The position numbers and the translations under genes are program-made. A stretch of DNA of 59,477 nucleotides, filler included, from Sphacelaria rigidula (taxonomy: Eukaryota): the NCBI GenBank assembly GCA_964200075.2. It is 5 parts of 5 records of this genome, joined end to end, with 100 filler letters (N's around TTAATTAATTAA, not from the genome) between each part and the next. Parts side by side here need not be neighbours in the genome. Positions count along the whole stretch, not along the records: positions 1 to 11,817 come from CAXNAA020004465.1; positions 11,918 to 23,734 come from CAXNAA020004466.1; 3 more parts are not named here. One strand, 5' to 3'. Positions 1 to 13,249 of this stretch are shown here, in pieces (positions within the stretch are counted from its first letter, which is position 1; the number at the start of each line of letters is the position of its first letter). The notes beneath the pieces were generated by a model. It searched no databases and was not told where the DNA came from. It saw only the letters and a list, made by a program, of their open reading frames with translations.

Positions 1-1518
1 CCCCCCCCCGACACGTCTCGAAAGGGATGCGTGGTCAATGGTCGAATGACTAAGGCAAGCAACAAATGAGTACGCCCCCCCCCGACACGTAAGTGCAGAC
101 TTGTAATAATGTATATAAAAGAAATGGACTAGAAGGAGAAACGACCAACACATCAAATAATAAGGAAAACCTGCGAAGAAAAAAACAGAAAATAATGATC
201 AGTACAAATAGTAAATACGTGGAAAAGTGGTTCCTTGACGGACACTTGTGGGATTTTCCCCCTTGCATGTGGCGGTTTCCACATTAACTCCTTATACGAG
301 CGTCTTTTCCGTTCTTTGAACGAAAATAGGTTTTGTAGCAGTAACGTTTTTCGCTGGCTAGCGGTGAGGAAGTGAAGCATTTTGCACATATCTTTTACGT
401 GTTTTGGGTCCCCAAGTCAACAATCTTCACACAAGGCTTTCCCGTTAATCTTTGAACCCTGCTTCGAAGCCATACACCAGTTACGTGGTCCCCCACCATT
501 TCTACCACTCTTTTGCCCCGAGTTAACTTCAAGTCGTTTTTTGGGTGGGAGCCGGGATTCGGACCCGGGATGTTCAGTTTATGAAGCGTACGAGCTATCT
601 CACTATTGTCGCCAATGTGAAAATGTGCTTCCTCTACGGACACCTGTGAGAATTTTCCCCTTGTATGTGGTGGTTACCACATATACCATAAATAAGTAAA
701 ATAAAACCAAGACTCACTGCAGTATGCTTTGTTGAGCTTTGAGTGACGTTCACCACGGTATCCAGACATCACGGTGATGCACGGCAATTTTTTTTATGGT
801 GAGTAATCACCCTGCTACTTATTGTTGAAGGGACTGGCGACCTTGAGCAGAATTTTGTCGAAACAGAGTCAGTCCACTCTATCCCATGCTAAATCCCAAA
901 TAACATTACCTTGTTTCGAGAACCTATCTCATACTTGAATATTTTGATCAGTAAGCACGCTGCCACCGTTGTAGGCTCATCGTGAGTCCCTTCCGCTCGT
1001 ATCGGTTTGCGTAAGCTTGGGTGTAAGTTGCGTTTTCTTTTGTAACTCTTGTCAAATGTCACGGCCGCGGGGGATGGTCTAGGTCGGGAATCGTCTCCAA
1101 CTACGACAATCAAATGAACTCAAGCTAACCCGCGGCGCATGCAGATATTTCTCTCCAACAAGTAGGTATTTAGCACGTGTTTGAAGGGGTAACGTGCATT
1201 GAGTGTACACACACATTTGAGAGGGGAAAGGCAGAAGGAAGATAATGTAAACTGAAGAAAAATGCTTTTTTTCTTTGGCCCTCCGGGGGGGGGGCGTAGA
1301 TTTGCGGGATGGTTTTCCCGTGCACCTCTGGATACACTGTTTTTCCGTGCAGTGGCTGCGGCGATTGTGAACAGATTGCAATTGCGTGATTGCACACGCA
1401 CTAGAAGTTCCACTTTTGAAAAATCAGGTCTGTTGTCCGAGGCGATGCAACTCTCAATATCTGCCGTTCGATGTGAAATTGGCATGAGAAATGGCCAAAG
1501 TGAAAAATGAGTCACTTG

Positions 1519-1726
1519 CAAGGGCAGTCCGGGTAGGCAGGGCATACCCGATATTTTGGTATTCTGATATGTCGCACATCATGTGCCTAAGTAAGTCACG
1601 ATGACTCGTATGGGCTTTAGATGGGGGACCGAATAGCACTGGGCTGGCTGCTGCTGTGGGCATGGGTCGGTTCTCCATTTTTCAAAATATCGAAATATCG
1701 GGTATGCCTTACCCTACCTGCCCTTA
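1519..1726. mobile_element. MITE with ~35-bp terminal inverted repeats
   Basis: Left end AAGGGCAGTCCGGGTAGGCAGGGCATACCCGATATTTT; right end reverse-complemented TAAGGGCAGGTAGGGTAAGGCATACCCGATATTTCG. A similar terminus recurs at ~49377. Confidence 0.7.
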
Positions 1727-2162
1727 GTCACTTGTTTGAGACAAAAACAAGCGGCAGAGCATCTTGTCTTGTACGGTGGTTTTCGTTTGACATGAGAAGC
1801 GGCCGCATTGGCTGATACATTTGCTTCGAATCCCTCCTCCTTCACACATGTACGAGTTATTGTCCACTGAAAACCACGAAAGCTGACGTGCTCACGGTGT
1901 TGACAGGCCCACGCTGGAGCTTCGCCGCTCGCAGGATGGCCGCTGGACGCGAAAATTGCACACGGGATCGAAGACTTCTCGGCCAGGCACTGTCGCCCCG
2001 GAAACAACAGTAAACCTCGGCAGCGAAGTGTGCGTATGGAAGAACTGCGAAACGCATACAAGTACACGTTTGGTGCATTTATTGAGCCACGGGAAGTGAA
2101 ATCACAGCGCTCTGTACTTGAGTTTCAAACTAGCAGTCATCAATAATAAACACCAAAAGCAT

Positions 2163-2228
2163 GTGTATTCTAGCGCCGGTCTACACCTCTCGGTATATGT
2201 GAGCGCATGAGCCGGGTTCACACAGGAA
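2163..2228 (-). mobile_element. 3' fragment of the tRNA-derived SINE family also at 5430-5786 and 38258-38601
   Basis: TATTCTAGCGCCGGTCTACACCTCTCGGTATATGTGAGCGC..GCCGGGTTCACACAGG matches ~38275-38335. Confidence 0.7.
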
Positions 2229-4355
2229 AAAGGCCAACACAGGATTTTGTTTTGTTCGAACTAAAAGCATGTGCTTCATATGATGCATTTGGAATATGCA
2301 TAAGGCGCAATCCAGAGCTGCTTCCGCACACCTTAGAGCTCGGAAACAAGTAACAGGTGGCGACTGGGGGCATGTGAAGAACCTCGAGCAATATCTACCC
2401 AAACGCGTTGTTGAAATGTTTCCTCATTTGACAAGTGAGCCCTCTACATTTCCTATATTTCGTGGTCATTACAATTCAAATGCTCGCGTACTCAGGAATG
2501 ATAATGTAGCTTTCAAACATTCTTTGGCGTGTACAGTAAACGGAATCGAATACGTTGCTTTATCTTTGCTCGTATGATCTCTCATGAAGACAACTCATGT
2601 CAAGGGGATATATGTTCCACGCGTTGCATCACCTACAGCAGGCCGCGGTAATTCACAAGGCCAACACAGCGGCAACATCAGCGAGCGAGGGAGCGACATT
2701 CTGAAGCACGCGGAAAAGAGGAGAAGGGCATTGTTTGTACGCAGTGAAAATGCGTGATTGTCTGCTTTGCGACGTGTCATCTGTTGCTTCCTTCTCACGA
2801 GAGGGTGTCGTGGTGAAATTTCGATGCCACCACGCCCAACAGCAACTCCACACTTCTCGCTTCGGTCGGTTCAGGGGTGCGAACAGGATTGGTTGTAGTG
2901 CAGTGAGGGATCACGATGGTGCTATCGGTAGCGCCTGTCACAATTCCGACCGGCTACATGAACATGGATCATCGGCTTGTTTTCGTTATACTGCCACAGT
3001 GTAAGGTCGCACTATAGTGCGGTCATGCTCAACTGGCAGCCCATCGCACATTGGTGGGAGTACCACTTTAGTAAAAGCTCGGGCGAGGCGTGAGCGCTCG
3101 GCACGAAAGAGGTGGGGGTATGGGATTGGCGCGAGACGGACTGGTGGTGTCTTGAGGGGCGGCGTAGTCAGCGACGATTGTGCAAGGAGCCAACGACCGC
3201 TCGCCCACAAGAATATATTTTTGATCTTCAAGAGTTCCTCGTAGAAGATTTTCCCCTTGTGTTGTGATGAGTCGCGATTGATTGGCATGTCCGGGCCCTG
3301 TTCAGGGTGAATAATTTAAGGCCGCAAGATCGTACCTCGCACATGGCCTGGAGGCTGGTGCACGGGTGTGGATGGTGCAATCAAGCCGGGACTGCTGGGC
3401 AGGTCGACGCGATTGAATCGAGCCATGCTGACACTGTAGCCGGTGGCGACTGGGCTCTAAGTGTGTTAAACGCGCGACCCTAGACAATTTTGGGCACTGT
3501 TTGCTGACTCATGGCACAAGTGGATCGAGCTTGCTGGTGCATTCATTCTCGCCGGGGACGGACGGTGTAGCATGTTGTAAATATAATTTTTTGGCGGATG
3601 TTGATTCGCCCTCCAACCCTTTCGCGTAGCTGTGTTATGCGGTACTTGAGTCTGATCTTGGTTCCTCTTGTGATTTCAGCAGGGGCTCCCGCTTATCTTC
3701 GAGGATGCGTCTTCACGGGAAAAAAAATGGAAACCGGAATCGAGTGCGAGTTCAGAGTCTCGATGTTGCAGTTAGGTTCGGTACCGTCGACGGAAATGCT
3801 TCCCAGATGTCTGAGATTTGGACCCACAACGGCCGAGTCCTCCCGGGTACTGATAACCGTGTAAGCTTTTTGCGTCGATGTTTCGATCGAAATGTCGAAA
3901 CAGTCGATCATAGGCAAGGTGGGTGAGTGTTGGGATGTTGCTACGGCTCGAAAATTCGAACGCACTTTGACAGCGTTCAGGGCGCCGTGGTAACTACAGC
4001 ACCTTTTTTATTTTCGATTTCAATGGTCGACTGAAGGTCAGATACACCCTCTCTGAGCGACGATGGTGTGGTGATCACGGTTGGAGAGACTCCTACATAC
4101 CGCTCGGGAGTCACTATATAGTATTGGTCTCGGTAGATGACTGCGTTGTACTCAAAACCGGACAACAAATTTCAGTATATCCAGAGCTCAGAAACCTGTG
4201 GCACTATGACACTCCCAGAAAAGTCAGGAGGGGGGGAGGCGTGATGCACGTGTTTGCTTTCACCGCATTGTTGCCCGTCCTCGAGAGGAGAAGCGTCTTC
4301 TGTGCTCGAAGGCGGGCGGACGGGTCGTGTACGTTGCGGACACGCTGGTTGAGCG

Positions 4356-4602
4356 ATGCTACGGTAGGGGTACACAAATATTTTCTGAGGTTAGAATTGT
4401 TAGGAGCCCTTTACCTCATCCAAAATACGACTTATGAAAATATGCGAGAGTACGCCAGGATTACTATTTCAATGTGCTGCAGATATCCCGAATTAATCTG
4501 CAAACGGGGATGCCCTGACCCATGTTATTGTGCGTCTAGAATCGTTAGGAGCCCCAGAACCATACGAAATTTCGCGAAAAAAGTTCACCCCTACCGTAGC
4601 AT
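4356..4602. mobile_element. MITE with 16-bp perfect TIR (ATGCTACGGTAGGGGT)
   Basis: 4356-4371 and 4587-4602 are exact reverse complements. The left ~100 bp recurs inverted at ~42510-42609. Confidence 0.75.
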
Positions 4603-5429
4603 TGCTCGGTTGACGTGTATATTTTTTGTTTTGGAAGATTGGCGCGTTTGTGTAATACTTGACTGGCCTTCTGTTGACTTGTGCCTGGTTTCAAGTGTGC
4701 ACATTGGTCATTGGCGCGGGTGAGACCTCCCGCTGCGCCGCCAACAACATCCATTCCGGAGGTTGCGCATCTTGAGGCGTGCTCCACTCGCATTTCATGA
4801 TCATTCTTCACGCGATGCTGATAGATGTGAACCCTGAGCATGCGTGCGGGGCCTGAGTTGTCGTGACTTTGGTGCTGATCCGGCGGTATGCTCCGCGTCT
4901 CATGTTATTGCGGGAACTCGGGCGGGAGGACCGGCGGGGCACGGCGCCGGTACTAGAGCTTACTCTACTGCCATGACTAAGGTCTCCGCGCTGCCTTTGG
5001 GGCTCATGGAGGAAACATTGCCGGGCGTTCACCTCAAATGGCACAATCCTTGGTATTGATACGAATTTATGGCTAACGATCTCGCATTTGTTACTTGGTT
5101 GAGCGTAATTGAAGTGGGCGAAAACACACGCGTCAAAGGGGACTCGAGAAGGAGAGAACGCGAGAGACTTGATCGGAGCAGAGAGAGGGAAAATAAAAAA
5201 AACTGACGAATGTACCAGATGACGATCGGTCCAGGGAACCGCCCGACGAAGCCCCAAAAGAGCTTCAGAAAGTAGAAACAAACGCCAGGCCGTCGGAGAG
5301 GGTCGCGACTCAGCTACTCAGGAAGTCGAAGTAGTAGGTGCACCACAGTGACAACGGCATGTACATGTCTGAAGGGCGTATTTCCTGACGGCGAACAACG
5401 CAAATGTTGTCATGATGGTTGATTGCATA

Positions 5430-5786
5430 CTCCGTTTAATAGTTGTTATCGTCGAAACCTTCTACTTCAGACGGTTGGGTCGTGGGTTCAAATATCGGAG
5501 CGATCTGGGATTTTTTCTCACACAGTGCCCAACAGTGGAGAGCGGCTATGTCGTGAGTACACGAAATTCGGCTTCATGGTCGACGAGGGAAAGGTACTGC
5601 TGAACCCCTCTCGCGATAAAAATAGAGGCAAGCACCGCCGCAAAATGAAGACGGTGGAGAACTAAAACAAACTAGAGAGCAAAAAGAAAAACTGTGCTGG
5701 CCTTCCTGTGTGACTGCCCCGGCCGGCGCGCCCACATATGCCAGAAGGTGTAGACCGGCGTCCAGAATAGAGTGGACGACAACACA
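5430..5786 (+). mobile_element. tRNA-derived SINE, ~350 bp, 5' head degraded
   Basis: B-box-like GGTTCAAAT. The body aligns along its length to the reverse complement of 38258-38601 (e.g. CGGAGCGATCTGGGATTTTTTCTCACACAGT; GGTGTAGACCGGCGTCCAGAATAG). Confidence 0.8.
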
Positions 5787-8700
5787 TTGTCAGTAATTTT
5801 CGACTGGTCAAGAGTCGCTGTCACACTGTTCACGGTCCAATCGCATACCAGACGCGCATCATGGAAACTGACATACGGGCTTGTACAAAGAGTACGGGTA
5901 TCCGTCGCTGGCTTGTGCGCCTTACAGGGTAAAATTGAGCCGTATATTGTTGAGGGCATGGGATCAGAGACACACTGCAGCTGTGTACCAGGATAACTGT
6001 TTCTTTATGACCTTCACCCTGGTTTGACTCCACCGCGTCTTGTTTCTCGGGTGGTGGTGAAGATCGTGACGCTAAATTGGGTGTGACCAACACGCTCATG
6101 ACATCATTTTGGAAAACGATATTTCATGGCGTGGCAATCGCGCTCTCCCAGCTGGAGTTTATCCATTCTCACGAACGGTCGATATCTCTGTGAGTGGATA
6201 GACAGGCGAAGCTCTTCCATTCGCCGGGCAAAATATGCACCCGCCATTGCTGCGCCCGCATCCTGATTGCCAAGAGGTGGAGTACTACACTCATTCAGAC
6301 TAGTCGTTGTCCCACTTGTCGGCCCGTGAAATGATGGTGTACAACACCCCCCTGACGAGGCCTTCAACGTCGATTTGCTCGAGAACCGCGTCGTTATTGC
6401 TGCTCAAATCTATCTTATCATAGAGATCTTGTCGGATTCCTCCAGTTTCAAGGATTCGGGGGTTGGGATGAGGCCCCGACTTTCAAGAAGATGGAGGTTG
6501 AGAAACTTATCAAAACGGCGTGATGTACTCTGCACCCTGTATTTGTACCGGTACTGACCCAGAGACCTATGAACCGCCCCCCTTCCTGAGTCACACCAAT
6601 ACGGTGCTTCGGGGCCGACGATACTGTACTGTCACTCTGCAGTCTTACACTAATAACTGTAGCCACTCCCGTTACAGGAAGATCTCATGAACTGGCCCCC
6701 TTGCCGAGTCATACCATTAATTGTCCGCAGTCCGCCGCGCCCCTGTACTGTAAAGATGCGACTGACACCATTAGGGTGGAGAGAACGCGTGCTTGACTTC
6801 CGCCCGAAGCATCTGGCTTCTTGCCGTGCTGACCGTACTACTGTAGCCAATTGCGTCTCCATCGTCATACCGTGGCTATGCGCTACCCGGGCAAGACTAG
6901 GACTACGCTAAAATTCGTGTGTATTGGTGTATCTCCGAAGGAGAGCTACTCCCCGCTTCGCGAATTGGGCGCTACTTTCTAATGAACTGGTGGCAACATG
7001 GGCACGTTTCCAATGAAGTTTGCTGTGGGGTTGAGACAATGATCAAACGCGACTAGCGGGTCTACATGATTAAGCTAGATCGGCCTATGTTGATGTGTGC
7101 TGTTGCCTTCCCGCAGAAGCCTACGCGTCACCAAAATTCGATACCAAACGAATTCAAGTAACTGCTGGACCTGTTGATAATCCTCTCTGGAACTGTCCCT
7201 TCCCATCCCCTGGGCGTGCGCCTCATCCGACCGACCGCTGAGACCCGATGATCGGACATCCGACCCCGGAATTTTTGGATGGCGCGATCACTTGAACTCT
7301 CAACTATCTTCTGCAAGCTGATATAGTAAGAGGATAGTCTGATGGGTTCACCTGAGCTCAGATCACCTTGCTCACTGTCGTTGGATTGTTTTTGGCAACC
7401 TAGACGTCTGATTAAACGCTACTTCCTGGGGTCGTCGATCTGATATATGCTCCTCAGAAAGGCGGGTGATCTCTCAGCGGTGACATATTTCGTAGATCAG
7501 CCGTTTTTCGTCCCAGCTTGCGTTGTCGTTTGCGTGCACACCTCTCTACAGAGCGACAAAGGGCCGTTTCACGAGAGAAGCACGATCAGGAGTGCCGAAA
7601 AACCTTTTCTCGCCCTGAACGGCGTCGCGGTTGTCGAGCTCTGAAGAGACATGTGAGACGTGTCATGCGTGACAGTTGTGGAGTGTCAAAATCGAACAGT
7701 GTGTCTCTCTACTGTTCCGAGTGTCTCTGGAAATACCTTATGGTAAAGTCGGATGTAATGTAGGCTTTAGGTGTAGACATGGCAAGGAGTGAGTCCGGTG
7801 AAGCCATCCTGGCACTGGCCAGAGGAGTGCTGGCCACACTCTCAAACTCCGTGAGGTAACGTTTTCATCATCAAAACATTTTTGTGCAACTACCAACGTG
7901 TAACGGTGGAAAATTCCAGAATTATGTGATTCAGATTACGGAAGTCCGGCAAAATGAGGCCGAAGTATTCAGCAACGTCGACACTGCAATTCTCATATCC
8001 AAATCACTGGCAGTAAAAGTCGGCCTTACATACAGGTCCAGGACAAAAAAGAAACCCGTGAAAGAACACGTCGAGCGCAAACAACTCGCGCGGAAATAAA
8101 CACACCATTCGAATACAAGAGGCTTGTCAGGAGACGAACGGCCTATCTTTGGATCCTCGGGATGACTATAACTTATCAATTTCTTTCCATCACTCGGTCA
8201 TCAGCCTAAGCCCTCTCTTGCGAAATTGGTCAGCGTCCCCGTGCTCAATCCCAAGTGAATTGCGCTGTATGATGCCTCACACGGTGCCGCATCACTCCGC
8301 GAACTGTGACCCATGAACGGCGCACCCAGGCACGATACACACGAGCACTGATTCAGCGCCCCATCGTCGGAACCGCAAAGTGGCCACACATCTTGTGTTG
8401 CGCAGCCACTGCTCTTTTGTTAATATAAAACAATGGGTGAGCCATGTTATCGACGCCCACATGCTATCAACCGGAAAGTTCTTCGCAAGTCATTTCTGGC
8501 TAATATTTTTGAGTGTCTGTTTCGTGTATTAAAGCGATGCTACAGTGTTGAGTTTGTCTGCATGTCGATTCTCTTGTTCGAAGTGAAGTATTTTTTTTAT
8601 CGTAAGTAGTACACCGTGCGTATCTTGTGCCCCCGCATGCTGTTCTATTGCATCGTATATGCGAGATGAAGAGCGTATCGAAGACTCAGGAGATGGCGGA

Positions 8701-9400
8701 AATACATTCATGTTCGCCATGCAATGATTTGACCCATCTCAGATCGTACACCGCTTATCCTACAGCAGTGTCAACGCGTAGTCATGGCCTTTACGACTCG
8801 CACATTTTCTTTCTTTTTGAGTGTCCAATGTGTGTAACGTTATAGCCCCCGCTTCAACCACGCGGTGCTATCCGCTGATCCTTGATACGTGCGCGGGCAA
8901 GAGGTCTCAGAGCAGGTTGCCTCGGGAGCCATCGTCCGAGCAGATCAACAATCGCGCAGGGGGCGAGGGGGGTGCTACGCATGCTACCGTTATTTTTTCC
9001 CACCACACCGCAGTTGTACCAACGTATTATCCGAAAACAGAGAAAATCGCAAAATATCCGCATTCTGCCCTGAAGAACCAGGGGTGGCATGGCTCCTAGG
9101 AGAAGCGTTACGATGTCCCTTGGCGCGAGTCTGAGAATTCCGCGATTCTGTATGTGCGTTTGGTAAAGCCTGTGAAAAACATCAGTCATGTTCAAATAAA
9201 AGCCATCGGTGCCTTTACTTCATTGTAGAGATATCTAGGTTCCTAGAGGAGAACCCCTGGCAATACCGGAATTGCCGATTGACCTGTATCGTTGGCCCAG
9301 GTTTTGCATGGCGTACCATTTCCTTTGCCATATGCTTCACGTACTTGACACATGTTGTCAATATGTAGCGCTGCCTTTGATCGGTCGTACACGCTGACAG

Positions 9401-9499
9401 GAGGTGAAGGAGTTGATCGCTTGCCACGAGCGTAACCCGTACAAGAGGTTCTTCGGAGAATGCAATGATGTCAAAACCATCCTGGATAATTGTTTTGCG
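9401..9499 (+). CDS. CMC2: Internal exon of a CMC2/Cmc1-like twin-CX9C mitochondrial COX assembly protein; other exons not located
   Basis: Acceptor gctgacag, donor gtgagt, 99 nt in phase 0: EVKELIACHERNPYKRFFGECNDVKTILDNCFA. This matches the family pattern L..CH..N...KFFG.CND....L..C with CX9C spacing. Confidence 0.7.
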
Positions 9500-11189
9500 G
9501 TGAGTCGGTGGTTGACAACAGCTCTAACTGTATTGACCCTTGAAGATCTGGCCCATGTTTATTGTTGGATTGGGTCACACACGCGGTCTGATTCCTGCAG
9601 TGGCTTGTTGTCGATATGTGTTACGAAGTGTGAGATGAAACCACGTCATATTTAGCATCCACTGTACTCTTTTTTGTAGATAAAAGAGTACCAACCTCTG
9701 AATCCGTTGCAGAATTGCTCTGGTGCGGGTTGGTCGCAAAAGCGTCAAGACCTGAACGTGGTTGCACGTGCAATACTTGAAAGCGCAAGACGGTTTTAAT
9801 CATGACGTGACCTCCTGTGCATTTGTCGGTCAGATGGCCTGACCTTGCGCTGAGATACGTCTTCTCAGTGTACTCCATGCATGGATATTGTCTTTATCAC
9901 ACCCCTCCATCCGGTCCCACCAGAGATAATGTTGCTACATTTGCTCGTCTCGGCACCTAACGTGTGAGTGGCGGTGACAAATGTGTCCGCCAGAAATATT
10001 TAGTCGCGATCTTTTTGCGTACGGACTGCTTCGGTATCGCGGGATCTACGCTTGCAAGTGTTTTGAGATCAAGTGGGGAATAGTCATCGCAAGGGGTGAA
10101 AAAGCATGATTTTTTTTACACCGTTGAAAGCGGCAGCAATTTTCTCTCGGCGACTTTACTTTTGAGGATATGCACTTTCGGAATCATGGAGGAAGTGGTC
10201 TCGATAATTGGCCTCATGCTGTGGCGGTCATGTCGACAACGTTTTTACTTGTCTGGCGTGTGCGCTGTAGTTCGAGGCGAGTCGAAACCTGCGAGGACGA
10301 ACACAGAACCGCCCATCGTGCAATTTTCCTTCAGCCCACTCGTGCATACAATATAACAAAGCTACAGATGGTCCACATGATTGACGTCGTCCCTACTTGG
10401 GGGAAATCATGGATGGGAAGATTTCCCCGTCTTGAAATCTTTTTCCCACAGGTTCAGGCTCATGGTGGTAAGATGTAAGATGCAGGGAAATGCCGCCTGG
10501 TTTACACGAAAGCGCATGAGCACCATGCACATTGGCAACGAGAGTACTGCTACGTTGAATTTCGCGGTCTGGTTGACAGTGAGGGCTGAACACAGCCTAG
10601 ATGGTATCTTCTGTGGTATGTTCTGGTGGATCAACCGCGAACATCACGAAACGATGCTTGGAATTGGCATGCACGGCAAAATTTAGTCAGAGGGATCTAC
10701 TGGGTGTCCTTACGATTGATTAATATGCGCCTTATGCGGAAACCGCTGGGCGAAGACAGCTGCGAACAGCATTGCCAGTGCAGCAAAGGCAGGGTGGCGG
10801 GGGTGAAGCAGCAAGCGGAGGAGGGAGATTTGCATCACTCATGGAGATAGAGAGTAGCAGTGTGTAGGGCGTATTCCAGTAGAATGGGCGTCGTGCTGAG
10901 TATGCTCTTCATGCAGCGCTGCGACCGCAGTATTATTCTACTAGTTTGCCGTATTTGCGTGTGCGTCCATGTACATGGTATCAACCCGATGTAGGTCGTT
11001 GCATACAACTGTGCATGCATGCAGATCGATCGATTGATTAGTTGATGATGATTTGCGTATACTACCGATCCGCTACGAATCCAGCCGTGTTAACAAGATA
11101 GACATACCTCAAGGAAAGGGGGGGGAAATTAACTCGAGAAAAGGGGAGAAACGCATCGAAATATGAAAAATCACAGTCAACCGGGAAAG

Positions 11190-11660
11190 TACGAGATGGG
11201 CCAGCCTAGAGGCGGATGTGAAGTTTGCAGGCCCATACTCTTTTATACATTTAGAGTTGGACCCTGAAATTTGGTATGGACAATGAATAGGGCATTAAAA
11301 AACAAAATTACCTCGGTACCAAAAGTTTTTTTTCATGAGTTGAAGGCATTTTACTGGTACCTGAAAACTGATTGTTGCCCTTAACTCATGGAAGAAAAAA
11401 CTTTTGGTACCGAAGTATTTTTTTTTCATGCCCTATTCATTGTCCATACCAAATTTCAGGGTCCAACTCTGAATGTATAAAAGAGCATGGGTCTATAAAA
11501 AATGGGTTTGTAGAAATTCGGAACAGTATTTCGCAGGCCACTCACCGGCCCACGTTTGGTTTTCGTGTATTGAAATTTTGTGTGGGCGCTCTCGAAGGCA
11601 TAATCAACAAAAAAAGTGGGTCAGGTTGATTTTTTTTTTGTTTGCGCTGGTTTAGGGCGT
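11190..11660. mobile_element. Non-autonomous element with a large internal hairpin (arms ~11224-11349 and ~11376-11499)
   Basis: Near-perfect ~125-bp inverted arms around a ~25-bp loop. A diverged homologue lies inverted at ~16320-16786. Confidence 0.7.
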
Positions 11661-11817
11661 TCTACTTTGGTAGACCTTTTCCTCACGAGAACGCCCTAAC
11701 CTCTATGAAAAGAAGAAACATGAAGGCTCATTTTTTTTTCTTCGGCACTCTTCTGTGGTTCTCCACACCAAAATTCGTCGCCATCCGCTAAATGCATCGA
11801 TCGCGAGTTTCATAGTG

Positions 11818-11917
11818 NNNNNNNNNNNNNNNNNNNNNNNNNNNNNNNNNNNNNNNNNNNNTTAATTAATTAANNNNNNNNNNNNNNNNNNNNNNNNNNN
11901 NNNNNNNNNNNNNNNNN
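11818..11917. other. Artificial contig linker N44-TTAATTAATTAA-N44
   Basis: Identical 100-nt structure occurs four times at ~11.9-kb spacing; the 12-mer gives stops in all six frames. Confidence 0.97.
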
Positions 11918-12739
11918 TTCGTATTTAGAGCTATTCATTATTTTTTCTTCATGTATGGGATTTGGTAACCCCCCTTCCACTCTCCCCCCTTCCACTCTCC
12001 CCCCACCCCCCCCACCCCTGAAGAACTCCAGGATTCAAAAAAGGGGCATAGCGTCTCTGATTTTGTTTTTTGGGCACTCTTGTATGATGTAAGGTGTAAG
12101 CCTGGACCTTGCAGCTGATGGAGTTTTGTTTGAATTGGTGGAGATTGACTATCAGTGTAATCCTGTAGAGTTGGTTATCTTCGAGACGTAACAGCGGCAT
12201 GCATCTCTGGCACATCTAACAAGTGGACCTACCGATGGTCGCCTCGGCGAGGTGCCACACGATGACGTGCTACTGTGAAAATCTCCACCGTTATCTTGCG
12301 TGCGTGTTCTTTGCCCTGGCCTTCGTGTGATACTCTAGTAGCGATTACTCTATCAATGTCTCCTGATCATGTACCCTATACTGCAGTCCGATGATTCCGC
12401 CAGCTGCCATTTACCTCGAAATACCGATGTTTCTCGCACACCCCGCGCTACACGTGTCTTCTTCACGTGCTCATGTTCCTGAACCGTTCAGATGTGGCCA
12501 TGCAACCTTTTCACTGTTGTTGTCAGGTCTACGGGTGGTACAGTGACGGCCCCCTCATAAAAATACCTATTATTGTGAGCGAGCCCTAAAACCTTAATTT
12601 GGTGGCCGATAAGACCGTTATCTCTGATGTCACCATCTTGTATGTCTAGCAAAAAAGTTGCATTTATTTCTTATTCTGGTCATTTCTTATTCCCAATCCA
12701 GCGATTCTTTCCTGTTTCGTAGGCCGCTTCATATAGACT

Positions 12740-13183
12740 GAAGAAAAAAGCATCTCCTAGAACTATCCTTTTGAACCTTCCATCACGAATTATTGGCGGA
12801 ATACGGACCTTGGCGGATTGGGCCTCCTCGAAAAAAGAGTTGCTATATTTTTCACGAGGATGACTCTAGCGCACTTTTCCGATTGCTCGTATGCCCTTTT
12901 GATCGGATTCTGAATTTTTTCAGTCGCCCCCAAAATCGTCCAGTTGTCGGGAAAAATACAGCCTTTCCCCTGACAACTCGAAGATTTTTTGGGCGACTGA
13001 AAAAAGCCAGGATCCGGCCAAAAGTAAAACTGGGCGTACGAAAGATCGGACAAGCGCGCTAGAACCCTCGTAAAAAATATTGCAAATATTTCCGAGGAGG
13101 CGCAATCCGCCAAGGCCCGTATTCCGCCAATAATCCGTGATGAAAAGTTCGAAAGAGCAGTTCTCAGAGAGACTCTTTTTCAC
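12740..13183. repeat. ~440-bp imperfect palindrome (foldback/MITE-like), centre ~12960
   Basis: CATCACGAATTATTGGCGGAATACGGACCTTGGCGGATTG pairs with CAATCCGCCAAGGCCCGTATTCCGCCAATAATCCGTGATG; TTTTTTCAGTCGCCC pairs with GGGCGACTGAAAAAA; CAGTTGTCGGGAAAA pairs with TTTCCCCTGACAACT. Confidence 0.85.
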
Positions 13184-13249
13184 ACTCTGGACAATGGACA
13201 CGACAGTAGTTCATTGCTTCAGCAATAGACACGGGGAAAAATATATCGA

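Noticed and set aside
2986-8720. Numerous 60-200 aa ORFs in contig 1
   Set aside because: No recognisable domains, overlapping on both strands and partly within MITE/SINE sequence; consistent with chance ORFs.
11862-11873. TTAATTAATTAA as a biological motif
   Set aside because: It is always centred in exactly 44+44 Ns, so it is an artificial linker.
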